Below, piece after piece: positions 11,006 through 20,536 of a stretch of DNA of 64,000 nt (positions are counted from its first letter, which is position 1; each line of letters starts with the position of its first letter). This stretch comes from an uncultured Trueperaceae bacterium (GTDB lineage Bacteria; Deinococcota; Deinococci; Deinococcales; Trueperaceae), in assembly GCA_963815215.1 (NCBI GenBank), contig CAWFFU010000012.1, forward strand, positions 1-64,000, written 5' to 3'. Both the position numbers and the translations under genes were made by a program. A model generated the notes under the pieces. The model was not told the DNA's origin and did no database searches. It saw only the letters and a list, made by a program, of their open reading frames with translations.

Positions 11006-11476
11006 GGACGCACTTTCTGTTCACAGACTGAGCCTCTAGCTAGCGCCTGGCAGCAGCAATGTATGGCTTGAAGGTGCTATGGGTTCGGGTTCGCTTAGGT
11101 GACCACGCGACTATTGCCGAGATCCTGCGCTTGATCAGGTGGCCTGATCTGATCCCGGAATCTTGAACCTGATAGGGCTGGATGAACGCAGCAGGCACCT
11201 GGATCCCGTTCCCATGGGTCACGTTCAACGCCAATCCAACGCGCTGGCCCACGGTCGCGCGGCTGACAGCCGGCGGCGTGGCGCCGCTGCGGCGTCGAGG
11301 TCGAAACCGACGTCGGTGAAAGTGCGCGTGCGCCAGACGTCGGAGAGGAAGTGCAGCCCACCCTGCTCGAAAAGGTTCGCGACCCTGCTGCTGGATGTTT
11401 CTGAATGTCCAACCTCCCCAGACCGATCACCGCTATTGGCAGGGGGTCACAATCCGGCCCAACCCACGCGGCTTCC

Positions 11477-12389
11477 TTACTCGTCTGCCCGGGCACCCGG
11501 TCTCATCGGGCCATCCGTCATCCCGTGGTCCAGAAGTGACAGCAGATACGTCCCGTAGAGATTCTTACGCATTGGTGCCGCCAGCGTTCTGATTGCCTGG
11601 GCGTCGATCCAGCCGTTCCGGTACGCCACCTCCTCTGGACAGGCGATCTTCAGTCCCTGCCGCGCCTCGACCGTCTCGACGAAGTTGGCCGCCTGCAGCA
11701 GGCTCTCGTGCGTCCCCGTATCGAGCCACGCCATGCCTCGACCGAGCACCTCGACGTGGAGTGCGTCCTCGGCCAGGTAGCGGAGGTTCACGTCGGTGAT
11801 CTCCAGCTCGCCACGCGCGGAGGGCGTCAGTTCCCGCGCGAACTCGACGACGCGCGCGTCGTAGAAGTAGAGCCCCGTGACGGCGTAGCGGCTGCGGGGT
11901 TCGGACGGCTTCTCCTCGAGGCCGACGACGCGCCCGGCCTCATCGAACTCGACGACGCCGTATCGCTGCGGGTCGCGCACGTTGTAGCCGAACACCGTGG
12001 CGCCTTCCTGCCGGGCGACCGCGTTCTTGAGGCGGCCCGTGAACCCGTAGCCGTAGAAGATGTTGTCGCCCAGGATGAGCGCGACCCGGTCACCGGCGAT
12101 GAAGTCCTCACCGATCAGGAACGCCTGCGCCAGCCCTTCGGGCCTCGGCTGCTCGGCGTAGGTGAGCTCGACACCCCATTGGCTGCCGTCGCCGAGGAGC
12201 TCGCGGAAGAGCGGGAGGTCACGCGGGGTGGAGATCACCAAGATCTCCCGGATGCCGCGCAAGCATCAGAACCGACAACGGGTAGTAGATCATGGGTTTG
12301 TCGTAGACGGGGAGGAGTTGCTTGCTGATGGCGAGCGTCGCCGGGTAGAGGCGCGTGCCACTCCCGCCCGCAAGGATGATGCCCTTCAT
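11477..12389 (-). CDS. rfbA: Glucose-1-phosphate thymidylyltransferase (one frameshift near 12262)
   Basis: [57 protein letters not shown]. Confidence 0.95.
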
Positions 12390-12390
12390 C

Positions 12391-13345
12391 TCACGCTTCC
12401 TCCTGCAGCCATTCGGCGAACAGGCGGACGCCCGCCTCGAACGATGTGCCCGGTTCGTACCCGAGCAGCTCTCTTGCCTTGGTGATGTCCGCCCAGGTGT
12501 GGGGCACGTCACCGGGCTGTGCAGGCAGGGACGTCCGCGCGGCGTGTTGGTCGAGGGTCGCCTCGATGGTCGAGATCATCCGGTTCAGGGAGACCGTCCT
12601 GTCGTTGCCGAGGTTGATGATTTCGTACGGCGTGGCGTCGTAGTCCATCGCTGCCCGGGTCGCCTTGACGGTGTCGCGCACATAGGTGTAGTCCCTGGAG
12701 GTGGTGCCGTCGCCGTAGACCGGGATGGGCTCGACCCTCGAGCATGAGCCGGGCGAACTTGTGGATGGCGAGGTCCGGCCGCTGGCGGGGCCCGTAGACG
12801 GTGAAGTAGCGCAGGCCGACGAAACGGAGGCCGTAGAGGTGGCTGTAGACGTGCCCGAGCAGCTCGCCGGCGACCTTGGTGGCTGCATAAGGGCTGATGG
12901 GCCGGAGGACGCAATCGCTCTCCCTCCACGGCGCATTCGGATTGGTGCCGTAGACGCTGCTGGACGACGCGAAGACGAACTGGGGGGTGCCCCACGCTCG
13001 GGCCGCCTCGAGCAGCGCCTGCGTGCCACCGACGTTGTTGTCCATGTAGCCGACGGGGTCCTCCAGGCTGGGTCTCACGCCGGCCTTGGCCGCAAGGTGG
13101 ACGATGACATCGATGGATTGCTCGGCGCAGGCGTCCAGAGCGGCCGCATCTCGGAGGTCGCCCTCGACGATCTTCAGTCGGGGGTGGCCCCGGCGCTGAG
13201 CCAGGTTCCGCTCCTTGATCTCGCGCGGGTAGAAGGGGTCGTAGTTGTCCAGGACGGTGACGTCCCAGGTCCCCTCTTCGAGCAGGAGGTCCACCAGGTG
13301 GCTGCCGATGAAGCCGGCGCCGCCGGTCACGAGCGCATGCCTCAA
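12391..13345 (-). CDS. NAD-dependent epimerase (UDP-glucuronate 4-epimerase-like; one frameshift near 12735)
   Basis: [58 protein letters not shown]. Confidence 0.88.
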
Positions 13346-13392
13346 CGGCAGGCTCCCTTCGAGGCGCAGTTCCCTTCACAGGGCAGTCCCCT

Positions 13393-14748
13393 TCATCGGC
13401 CCACCCCGACGTAGGTGAAGTCGGCTGCCCTCGCCGTCTCGGCGTGGAGCAGATTCCTGGCGTCGACCAGGAGGCTGCCCCGCATCTGCTGGCGCAGATC
13501 GGTGAGGTCGAGGTGCCGATACTCGTTCCAGTCGGTGAGGATGACGAGGGCGTCACAACCGGCCGCGAGACTGCGCGCGTCTTCGCAGTAGGTGATGTCG
13601 AGATCGGGCCTGGTGCGCCGTAGGTTGTCGAGCGCCACGGGGTCGTGAAGGCGGACGTTGGAGCCTTGATCGAGGAGGCGCTCGATGACCGTGAGAGCGG
13701 GGGCATCTCGGATGTCGTCGGTGTTGCCCTTGAAGGCTACCCCGAGGATGCCGATGGTGGCACCGCGGAGGACTTTGAGGTGCTCCTGGAGCCTCTCCAC
13801 GATGTGGGAGCGCTGACGTCGGTTCACGTCGACGGCCGCCTGGACGATGTCCATCGGGTAGTTGTAGGTAGCGGCCGTTGCGATGATGGCACTCGTGTCC
13901 TTGCCGAAGCAGCTCCCACCCCAGCCGGCCCCCGCATGCAGGAAGCGGGGCCCGATGCGGTCGTCGAGACCGATCGCGCGGGCGACCTCGGTGATGTCGG
14001 CGCCGATGCGTTCTGCCAGACCGGCGAACTCGTTGATGAAGCTGATCTTGGTGGCGAGGAAAGCGTTGGCGGCGTACTTCGTCAGCTCGGCGGAGGTGGG
14101 CGTGGTCGTGATGAGAGCCGGGAGCGCGTAACGTTCGGGCCGCGGTGTCTGGGAGGGCGGTTCGAACGTCTGCTCGAGGAGGGGGGCATAGAGTTCCCTG
14201 AGCACGGCCACGGTGCGGTTGGAGGCCGAACCGATGACGATCCGATCGGGGTAGAGACTGTCCCTGACAGCGTTCCCTTCGGCCAGGAACTCGGGGTTCG
14301 AGGCGACGTCGACCTCCGCGTCGATACCCCTCGCCTCCAGTGCGCGCTGGAGGACCCCCTGGACGTGGCGGGCACTGCCGATGGGGACCGTCGACTTGTT
14401 GACCACGACGAGGCGGCTGCCGTCCGCAACGTGCTCGGCGATCTCCTTCGCGGCGGTCTCGACGAAGACCAGATCGGCGTCGCCGTTTTCCTTGGGAGGT
14501 GTCCCGACGGCGATGATAACGACCTGGTCGCCACCCAGATCGGGCAGGTGATCCTGCGCATCGAACTTGCCCCGCGTCTCCCGGAGCATCTGCTCCAGCC
14601 CGGGCTCGTGGATGGTGGGTTCACCTCGACGCAGACGCTCGACGATGGTCGGGTTCTTGTCTACGCAGAGCACATCGTGACCGATGTAGGCGAGCGACAC
14701 TCCTGTGGTCAAGCCTACGTAGCCGGCACCAACGATCGTCACGTTCAT
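13393..14748 (-). CDS. ugd: UDP-glucose 6-dehydrogenase
   Basis: GAGYVG, AVGTP, KSTVP, NPEFL.EG, KYAAN.FLA.KISF.NE, GGSCF.KD, FK.NTDD.R. Confidence 0.93.
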   Translation of the reverse strand: MNVTIVGAGYVGLTTGVSLAYIGHDVLCVDKNPTIVERLRRGEPTIHEPGLEQMLRETRGKFDAQDHLPDLGGDQVVIIAVGTPPKENGDADLVFVETAAKEIAEHVADGSRLVVVNKSTVPIGSARHVQGVLQRALEARGIDAEVDVASNPEFLAEGNAVRDSLYPDRIVIGSASNRTVAVLRELYAPLLEQTFEPPSQTPRPERYALPALITTTPTSAELTKYAANAFLATKISFINEFAGLAERIGADITEVARAIGLDDRIGPRFLHAGAGWGGSCFGKDTSAIIATAATYNYPMDIVQAAVDVNRRQRSHIVERLQEHLKVLRGATIGILGVAFKGNTDDIRDAPALTVIERLLDQGSNVRLHDPVALDNLRRTRPDLDITYCEDARSLAAGCDALVILTDWNEYRHLDLTDLRQQMRGSLLVDARNLLHAETARAADFTYVGVGR

Positions 14749-14851
14749 CGTTCCACGTCCTTCTCCAGTCGGCAGACTGGACCGTTGCCCGTCGCGCAAG
14801 CACGTGAGGCGGGAAGGCCCTCCGCACCGATGCGCGCGGATCCGGCCGGGC

Positions 14852-15914
14852 TCATGCCAGCCTACCGAGTCGTTCGAGCCGGTACCGCCCGGCCGTCACC
14901 GAGGTGCACCAGTCCCCATGCTCGAGGTACCACTTCACCGTCGATGTGATCCCCTCCTCGAAGCTCTGCTGGGGTCGCCATCCGAGCTCTCGCCGGATCC
15001 TCGTTGCGTCCACGGCGTAGCGGAAGTCATGCCCCGGACGGTCGGGGACGAAGCGGATCAGGTCACGATAGTCGCGCTCTGCGGGCACGAGATCGGCGAG
15101 GGCGTCCAAGATCGCGTGAACCACCTGGAGGTTGCTGCGTTCGCTGGAGCCGCCGATCAGGTAGGTCTCGCCCGGACGGCCCCGTCCGAGCACGGCGAGC
15201 AGCCCGTCAACGTGATCCTCCACGTGGAGCCAGTCACGCACGTTGGTCCCGTCGCCGTAGACGGGCACCGGCTCGCCCGCCAGTGCCCTCAGGAGCGTGA
15301 GGGGGATCAACTTCTCGGGGTACTGGTAGGGCCCGTAGTTGTTGGAGCAGTTGGTGACGAGCACGGGGAGCCCGTAGGTGTGCCAGTAGGCGCGGGCCAG
15401 GTGATCGGCTCCGGCCTTGCTGGCCGCGTACGGGGACCGCGGCCGATAGGGGCTGCTCTCGGTGAACGCGCCTTCCGCGGCGAGGCTGCCGTAGACCTCG
15501 TCGGTGGAGACGTGAAGGAATCGGAAGGCGTCTCGGCCGGACCCGTCGAGGGTTGCGAGGTGACGACGTGCGGCGTCCAGCAGGTGTTGCGTCCCGAGCA
15601 CGTTGGTACGTACGAACGCCTCCGGGCCGTCGATCGACCGGTCGACGTGGCTCTCGGCCGCCAGGTGGAGGACGGCGTCGGGCCGTTCCTCCTCGAAGAG
15701 CGAACGCACGCCGGCGGCGTCCGTGATGTCGAGTTGCACGAAGCGATGGTTGGGCGCTCCATCCGCTCCTGCGAGGCTCTCGCGGTGTCCGGCGTAGGTG
15801 AGCGCGTCGACGGTGACGACGCGCCGGTAGCCGTCGCCTACGAGCCGTCGCACGACGGCAGAGCCGATGAAGCCGGCGCCGCCGGTCACCAGGATGGTCC
15901 CTGCCTTCTACCAT
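14852..15914 (-). CDS. rfbB: dTDP-glucose 4,6-dehydratase (frameshift just after the start)
   Basis: [60 protein letters not shown]. Confidence 0.95.
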
Positions 15915-15940
15915 GTCCCCACCGCCCTCTCGAACCCGGC

Positions 15941-16520
15941 CTAGCCGGAAGCGCTCCCCGCGGCCGCACCGTAGGTGAACCCGGAGTCCAGGTGTGCGAG
16001 GACCGGGAGGTTCTGGTCCTCTCTCCGACACGATCGCTTCGACTTCCTCCCAGTCGATACCCAGTGCGGGATCGTCCCAGCGAAGACCGCCTTCCGCCCC
16101 TGGCGCGTAGGGCGAGTCCACCTTGTAGAGCACGTCGGCGACCTCGCTTAGCACCACGAAGCCGTGAGCGAAACCCGGAGGCACGAAGAGCTGATGCAGG
16201 GTGTCGTCGTTCAGGACGGCGCCGACCCATCGTCCGTAGGTCGGCGATCCCACGCGGACGTCCACGGCCACATCGAAGATCTCGCCGCGCGTGACCGACA
16301 CCAGCTTCGCCTGGGCGTGAGGCGGACGCTGGAAGTGGAGCCCCCGGACCGTTCCCCGTTGCGAGCGGGAATGATTGTCCTGGACGAACTCGCAGGCGAT
16401 GCCGGCGTCCTCGAAGGCATCGCGGCGGTAGCGTTCGAGGAAGAAGCCGCGCTCGTCACGGTACACCCGAGGGGTGACGAGCTTGATCTCCGGGATGGCG
16501 AGCGGTGTCACGTCGATCAC
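15941..16520 (-). CDS. rfbC: dTDP-4-dehydrorhamnose 3,5-epimerase (frameshift near the 3' end)
   Basis: DERGFF, FVQDNHSRS..GT.RGLHFQ, QAKLV, PPGFAHGF, RWDDP.LGIDW. Confidence 0.93.
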
Positions 16521-16544
16521 GTGCCGTAGCTTAACGCGCCCGCG

Positions 16545-17307
16545 TCAGGCACCGAGCTTCGCCTTCAACCCCTGCCATCGCGAGACGTCGAGCGTGATGT
16601 CGTCGGGGAGCTCCACGCCCGCCCCGCGCTTGCTCCCCGGCCGCACGTCCGGTCGGCGCCGGCGGGCCAGCTCGAACGCGCTCTTGCGCTCGGTCGCGAT
16701 GTGAAGGGTGTCGTAGGGGACATCGTCGAGATGGCGGAGCGCCAGAACGATGTCCGGCGCGATGACGTCGACGTAGTCTTGCGACGTGAACACGTCCGTG
16801 AAGGCGACCGGATAGGGCCAGGCACCGGGACGGAAGCTGGTACGGAGCACGAGGGTCCGTGGCAGCGTGCGCGCGACCTCCTCCGCCGCCAGCTTGCTCA
16901 GGGCGTAGTAGTTGCGAACCGGCCCCGGCGGGTCGTCCTCGCGGTAGCCGGTCCCGAGGCGTCCCCTGTCCCCGTGGAACACGTAGTCCCCGTAGAACAC
17001 GTAGTCCGTGGAGATGTGCACGAGCCGGGCGCCGGTCTCCCTCGCCGCGGCCACCACGGCGCGCGTCCCCGCGACGTTCACGTTCCAGCACTTGGACCGG
17101 TCGCTCTCTGCGGCACGGACGTCCGTATAGGCCGCGGCGTGCACGATGACGTCGGGACGGTACGCGCGCACGCGTTCGGCCACGCCGGCGGCGTCGAGCA
17201 GATCCAGTTCGCTCCGCGGCGGCGCGTCCATCTCGGGTAGCAGCCCACGATAGCTCGGTCCCGAGGACGCCGCTTCCCCCCGTCAGGAGGATCCTGGGAG
17301 CGCTCAC
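16545..17307 (-). CDS. rfbD: dTDP-4-dehydrorhamnose reductase (frameshift near 17240)
   Basis: ILLTGGSGVLG, HAAAYTDV..AE, HISTDYVF, Y..SK. Confidence 0.88.
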
Positions 17308-17351
17308 GATGGGGTCACGATTAGGGTCGCGATTAGGGTCACGATGGGGGG
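17304..17351. repeat. Four imperfect 11-13 bp tandem units (TCACGATTAGGG-like) between the Wzz-like gene and rfbD
   Basis: tcacgatgggg tcacgattaggg tcgcgattaggg tcacgatgggggg. Confidence 0.85.
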
Positions 17352-17359
17352 TGTCCCGG

Positions 17360-18793
17360 CTAGCGGCGCGGGTGGGACCCGGTACCCATGGACTCCGGCT
17401 GCGCTTCGCGGTGCGCGTCCGCCGTGGCGGCGGCTGGCGACGTCGAGGGCTCGATCGTGGCGCGAGGAGCGGCTGGACCAGCGCTGCCGCGTGGAGGCTG
17501 CTCCGCGGCAGGGTCCTCCGCGACCGCCGCGCGCAGGAACACGAACAGCACCATGGCGAAGAACGTCAACACGAAGGCCACCACCGTCACCACCACGGAC
17601 CGGCGGCTCAATGGCTGCTCCGGCACGGAGGCCGCGTTGAAGACCCCCGCCATGCTGGGCACCAGCTTGTCGGCGATGTCGATGAGCGGCGCCGTCTGCG
17701 AGACCTTGTCGTAGGCCTGGGTGGCGCTATCGAGCTGGCGCTGGAGTCGCTGAGCCGTCTGTTGCTGCGTCGCGAGCGTGGTGCGGAGCTCGCTCGCCTG
17801 CTTGGAGAAGCCGTCGAGCTGTTGGCCGACGGTCGCCCGCTCGGCGACGTAGCCGGCCAGGTCCGCGGTCTGCTGCTGGAGCTGGGCCCGCGCCACCAGG
17901 GTCGCGAGGTCCTGGCCGGAAGCGCCCACGGTGCTCGGTACCGAGGCGATCGCCGCCGAGAGCTGCTGTGCCAGATCCGGCGAGAGGACGCCCTGGTCGC
18001 TCAGCGCCTGCATCTGTGCCGCGAGAGCGGCCGGCTTGCCGAGGCTGCGGGCGTCCACGACCGCCTGCAACAGAGCTTGCTGTGCTTTGGACGTGGCGAT
18101 GTTGCGGTCGAGCTCGTCGAGCTTCTCCTGCGCGGTGGTGGTGCGCGTGTTCAGCGAGTCGAGCTGCGCCTGCAGCGAGCTGCGCTCGTCCTGTTTCTGG
18201 AAGGTCGCCCACTGCGCCTCGGCCTGATCGAGCGCGGTCGACAGGCTTCCGAGCTGGGCGTTCATGGTGGTGCGCACACCCCCGAGGGCGTTGCCGATCG
18301 AGGCGCGCGCGGCGTCGGCGCTCGCCTTGGCCCAGGCGTTGGCCAGGGCGGCGGCGCGCTCCGGGCTCGTCGCCGTCACCTCTTGTGAGACGATCAGGGG
18401 ATCGCTGCCACCGCCGGACACCTTGGTCACCGTGGCGTTCTCGGCGAGCTGCTTCGGTCCGTAGTCGGGCGCCGTCGCGGGCGTCGCCTTCACGGCGCTC
18501 GCCAGCACGCCGTGCGACAGCGCGACCGTCCGGTAGGCATCGAAGCCGATCTGCGTCACCGAGTTGACGTCGATCATGTCCTTCTGGATCTGGCCGTTCT
18601 GGAGCGTCTGTCCCTGCACCTGGAGCGGCGCCACCCGGACCGTGGCGGTCGCCTGGTAGCGCTGCGGCAGCAGGTGCATGACGGCGAAGGCGATCACGGC
18701 CACGGCGACGGAGGCGCCGAGGATCCAGCGCAGCCCCCCCTTGAAGATGAGGTACAGCTCCCGCAGGGAGATCTCGTCCTGGGGCTCACCCAC
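17360..18793 (-). CDS. Wzz/GumC-like polysaccharide chain-length regulator
   Basis: DEISLREL, N-terminal TM, P.RYQATA, long coiled coil, A.VP.QP then C-terminal TM; first gene of the polysaccharide locus. Confidence 0.8.
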   Translation of the reverse strand: MGEPQDEISLRELYLIFKGGLRWILGASVAVAVIAFAVMHLLPQRYQATATVRVAPLQVQGQTLQNGQIQKDMIDVNSVTQIGFDAYRTVALSHGVLASAVKATPATAPDYGPKQLAENATVTKVSGGGSDPLIVSQEVTATSPERAAALANAWAKASADAARASIGNALGGVRTTMNAQLGSLSTALDQAEAQWATFQKQDERSSLQAQLDSLNTRTTTAQEKLDELDRNIATSKAQQALLQAVVDARSLGKPAALAAQMQALSDQGVLSPDLAQQLSAAIASVPSTVGASGQDLATLVARAQLQQQTADLAGYVAERATVGQQLDGFSKQASELRTTLATQQQTAQRLQRQLDSATQAYDKVSQTAPLIDIADKLVPSMAGVFNAASVPEQPLSRRSVVVTVVAFVLTFFAMVLFVFLRAAVAEDPAAEQPPRGSAGPAAPRATIEPSTSPAAATADAHREAQPESMGTGSHPRR

Positions 18794-18921
18794 GGCGGCA
18801 TCCGCCTGGCTGGTGCAGCGTGGCGCAGTTCGTCATCAGTGTCTTCTCCCAGGGCTCCGCTCGACTACGAATGCGGAGGCACGAGTCTCGATTCTAGCGA
18901 ACCGGTCGGTGAGGACCCCCG

Positions 18922-19944
18922 TCACACCGCACTCGCCCGTACCAGTCCTTCGTCCTCCAACCGCTTCAGCCACGGCTTCAGCTCCTGCAGGTCGAGGTGG
19001 AGCTGCTCGGATGCCTGCTCCAACGTCAGCCCGCCGCCGAGCGCTTCCAGCACCTTCTGGCCGGCGCGCCCGAACGAGGTCCGGAAGTGCATGGCCAGCT
19101 CGGTCATGGGGTTGAGGGCGTCCTGGCCGCGCAGCGTCAGGGCGTAGCGCTGCTGCTCCCAGCCCGGCGGCTCGTCGGGGAGGTGGAGGTCGGGCATGGC
19201 AGCGTCGTCCTCCAGCAGGGCGAAGCGGGTCGTCGGGCCGCCGGCGCCGCCATCGATCTGCAGGTAGGGTTGGCCGTTACGCACGAAGCGCGCGCCCTGC
19301 GCCTCCAGCACCAGTCCGTTGAAGGTGCTCGGGTCGGCGCTCGGCGCCGCTCGGCCCAGCGCCATGCCGAGCAGGCTGCGCACCAGCAGCGGATCGAGCG
19401 CATCGAGCTCGAGCTCCGGCCCGTCGGGGTCGAGCCCCGCCCGCTGGAGCACGCGCATGGCGTCGGTACCGACGTGGACGTGCCCCGCCCGCTCGGCCGC
19501 GGCGGCGCCGATGCGCCCCTGTAGGAACAGGGCCGCGGCGCTGGCGCCGTCGGTCGCGAACGACAGCGCGCCGTTGAAGGCGCTGCCACGGAGCTTCTCC
19601 AGCAGCATCCGCAGGTCCACGAGCACCGGCGGCAGGATCTTGGGCGGCGCGAAGCGCGGCATCGCCCGCAGCAGCGGGCTGGCGCTCTCCGGGCAGCGGC
19701 TCGGCAGGCGGGGAGCCTCGCCCGGTTCGTGCGGGTGCAGGTGGAAGCCCTGAGCCGGCGCTTCCAGGCTGTCGTAGTGTCCGAGCTTGTAGCTGGCTTC
19801 GACCTGGCCCCGCGCCACCTGGAGCAGCACCGCGCCGGTGTCGGCCGAGAGCGCCAGGGTGCCACTGGCGCGCAGGGCCCGCAGGCCCTCCAGCAGATCC
19901 TGGCCGCTGAGCGCGCCGGTGGTACCGAGCAGGCCGAAGCTCAC
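18922..19944 (-). CDS. Hypothetical protein with two DUF4388-like segments and a C-terminal winged helix
   Basis: DLL..L.....GTL.L......L....GQV pattern twice; C-terminal LTLEQAS..L.LD...L..WL..LE.EGLV. Confidence 0.5.
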   Translation of the reverse strand: MSFGLLGTTGALSGQDLLEGLRALRASGTLALSADTGAVLLQVARGQVEASYKLGHYDSLEAPAQGFHLHPHEPGEAPRLPSRCPESASPLLRAMPRFAPPKILPPVLVDLRMLLEKLRGSAFNGALSFATDGASAAALFLQGRIGAAAAERAGHVHVGTDAMRVLQRAGLDPDGPELELDALDPLLVRSLLGMALGRAAPSADPSTFNGLVLEAQGARFVRNGQPYLQIDGGAGGPTTRFALLEDDAAMPDLHLPDEPPGWEQQRYALTLRGQDALNPMTELAMHFRTSFGRAGQKVLEALGGGLTLEQASEQLHLDLQELKPWLKRLEDEGLVRASAV

Positions 19945-20447
19945 GCCCCGCCCTCCGACCCGTTGCCGTGGGCGGCCAGCAGCCGCTCGAGCAGGTTCCG
20001 GTCCTCGTGGAAGCTGAGCCGTTCCAAGGCCTCCCGGGGCGGCACGAAGGCGCCGTCGGGGAAGAGGCGCTCGCGCAGCACCGGCTCACGGGCTTCGGTC
20101 CGCATGCGGAACCAGGTGATGCGGCGCAGCTCGCCGCTGGGGTTGTGGTAGCTGGTGGTGAAGGTCGCCTCGGCGTCGTCGCACAGGGCCTGCACGCCGG
20201 CTTCCTCCTCGATCTCACGCAGGGCGGTCTCCAGTGGCGCCTCGCCCGGCTCGATGTGCCCCTTGGGGAAGACCCAGGAGCCGCTCAGATGGCGGATGAG
20301 CAGGACGTTCCCGTCGCTGTTGAAGACCACGCCTCCGGCGCCCCGGACCACGTCGCCTCCCACGCGGGCCGGGCTCACGTCGTCCTCGTCGCTGTGGGCG
20401 CGGTTGCCGTCGGCATCGGACGCGCGGGGTGGAACGGTTCCCGACAT
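19941..20447 (-). CDS. NUDIX hydrolase (Ap4A hydrolase-like)
   Basis: GAGGVV, WVFPKGHIEPGE...ETALREIEEEAG Nudix box. Confidence 0.9.
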   Translation of the reverse strand: MSGTVPPRASDADGNRAHSDEDDVSPARVGGDVVRGAGGVVFNSDGNVLLIRHLSGSWVFPKGHIEPGEAPLETALREIEEEAGVQALCDDAEATFTTSYHNPSGELRRITWFRMRTEAREPVLRERLFPDGAFVPPREALERLSFHEDRNLLERLLAAHGNGSEGGA

Positions 20448-20536
20448 GCTGCGGTCATGCTACCACCTGCCCGACCCGCCCTCAGGCGCGGCTCCCACGC
20501 GAACCGGGACCGTCGGCGATACCCTTGCCGGCAGCC

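Noticed and set aside
17315..17338. Telomere-like TTAGGG
   Set aside because: Only two copies, embedded in a 12-bp unit in a bacterial operon.
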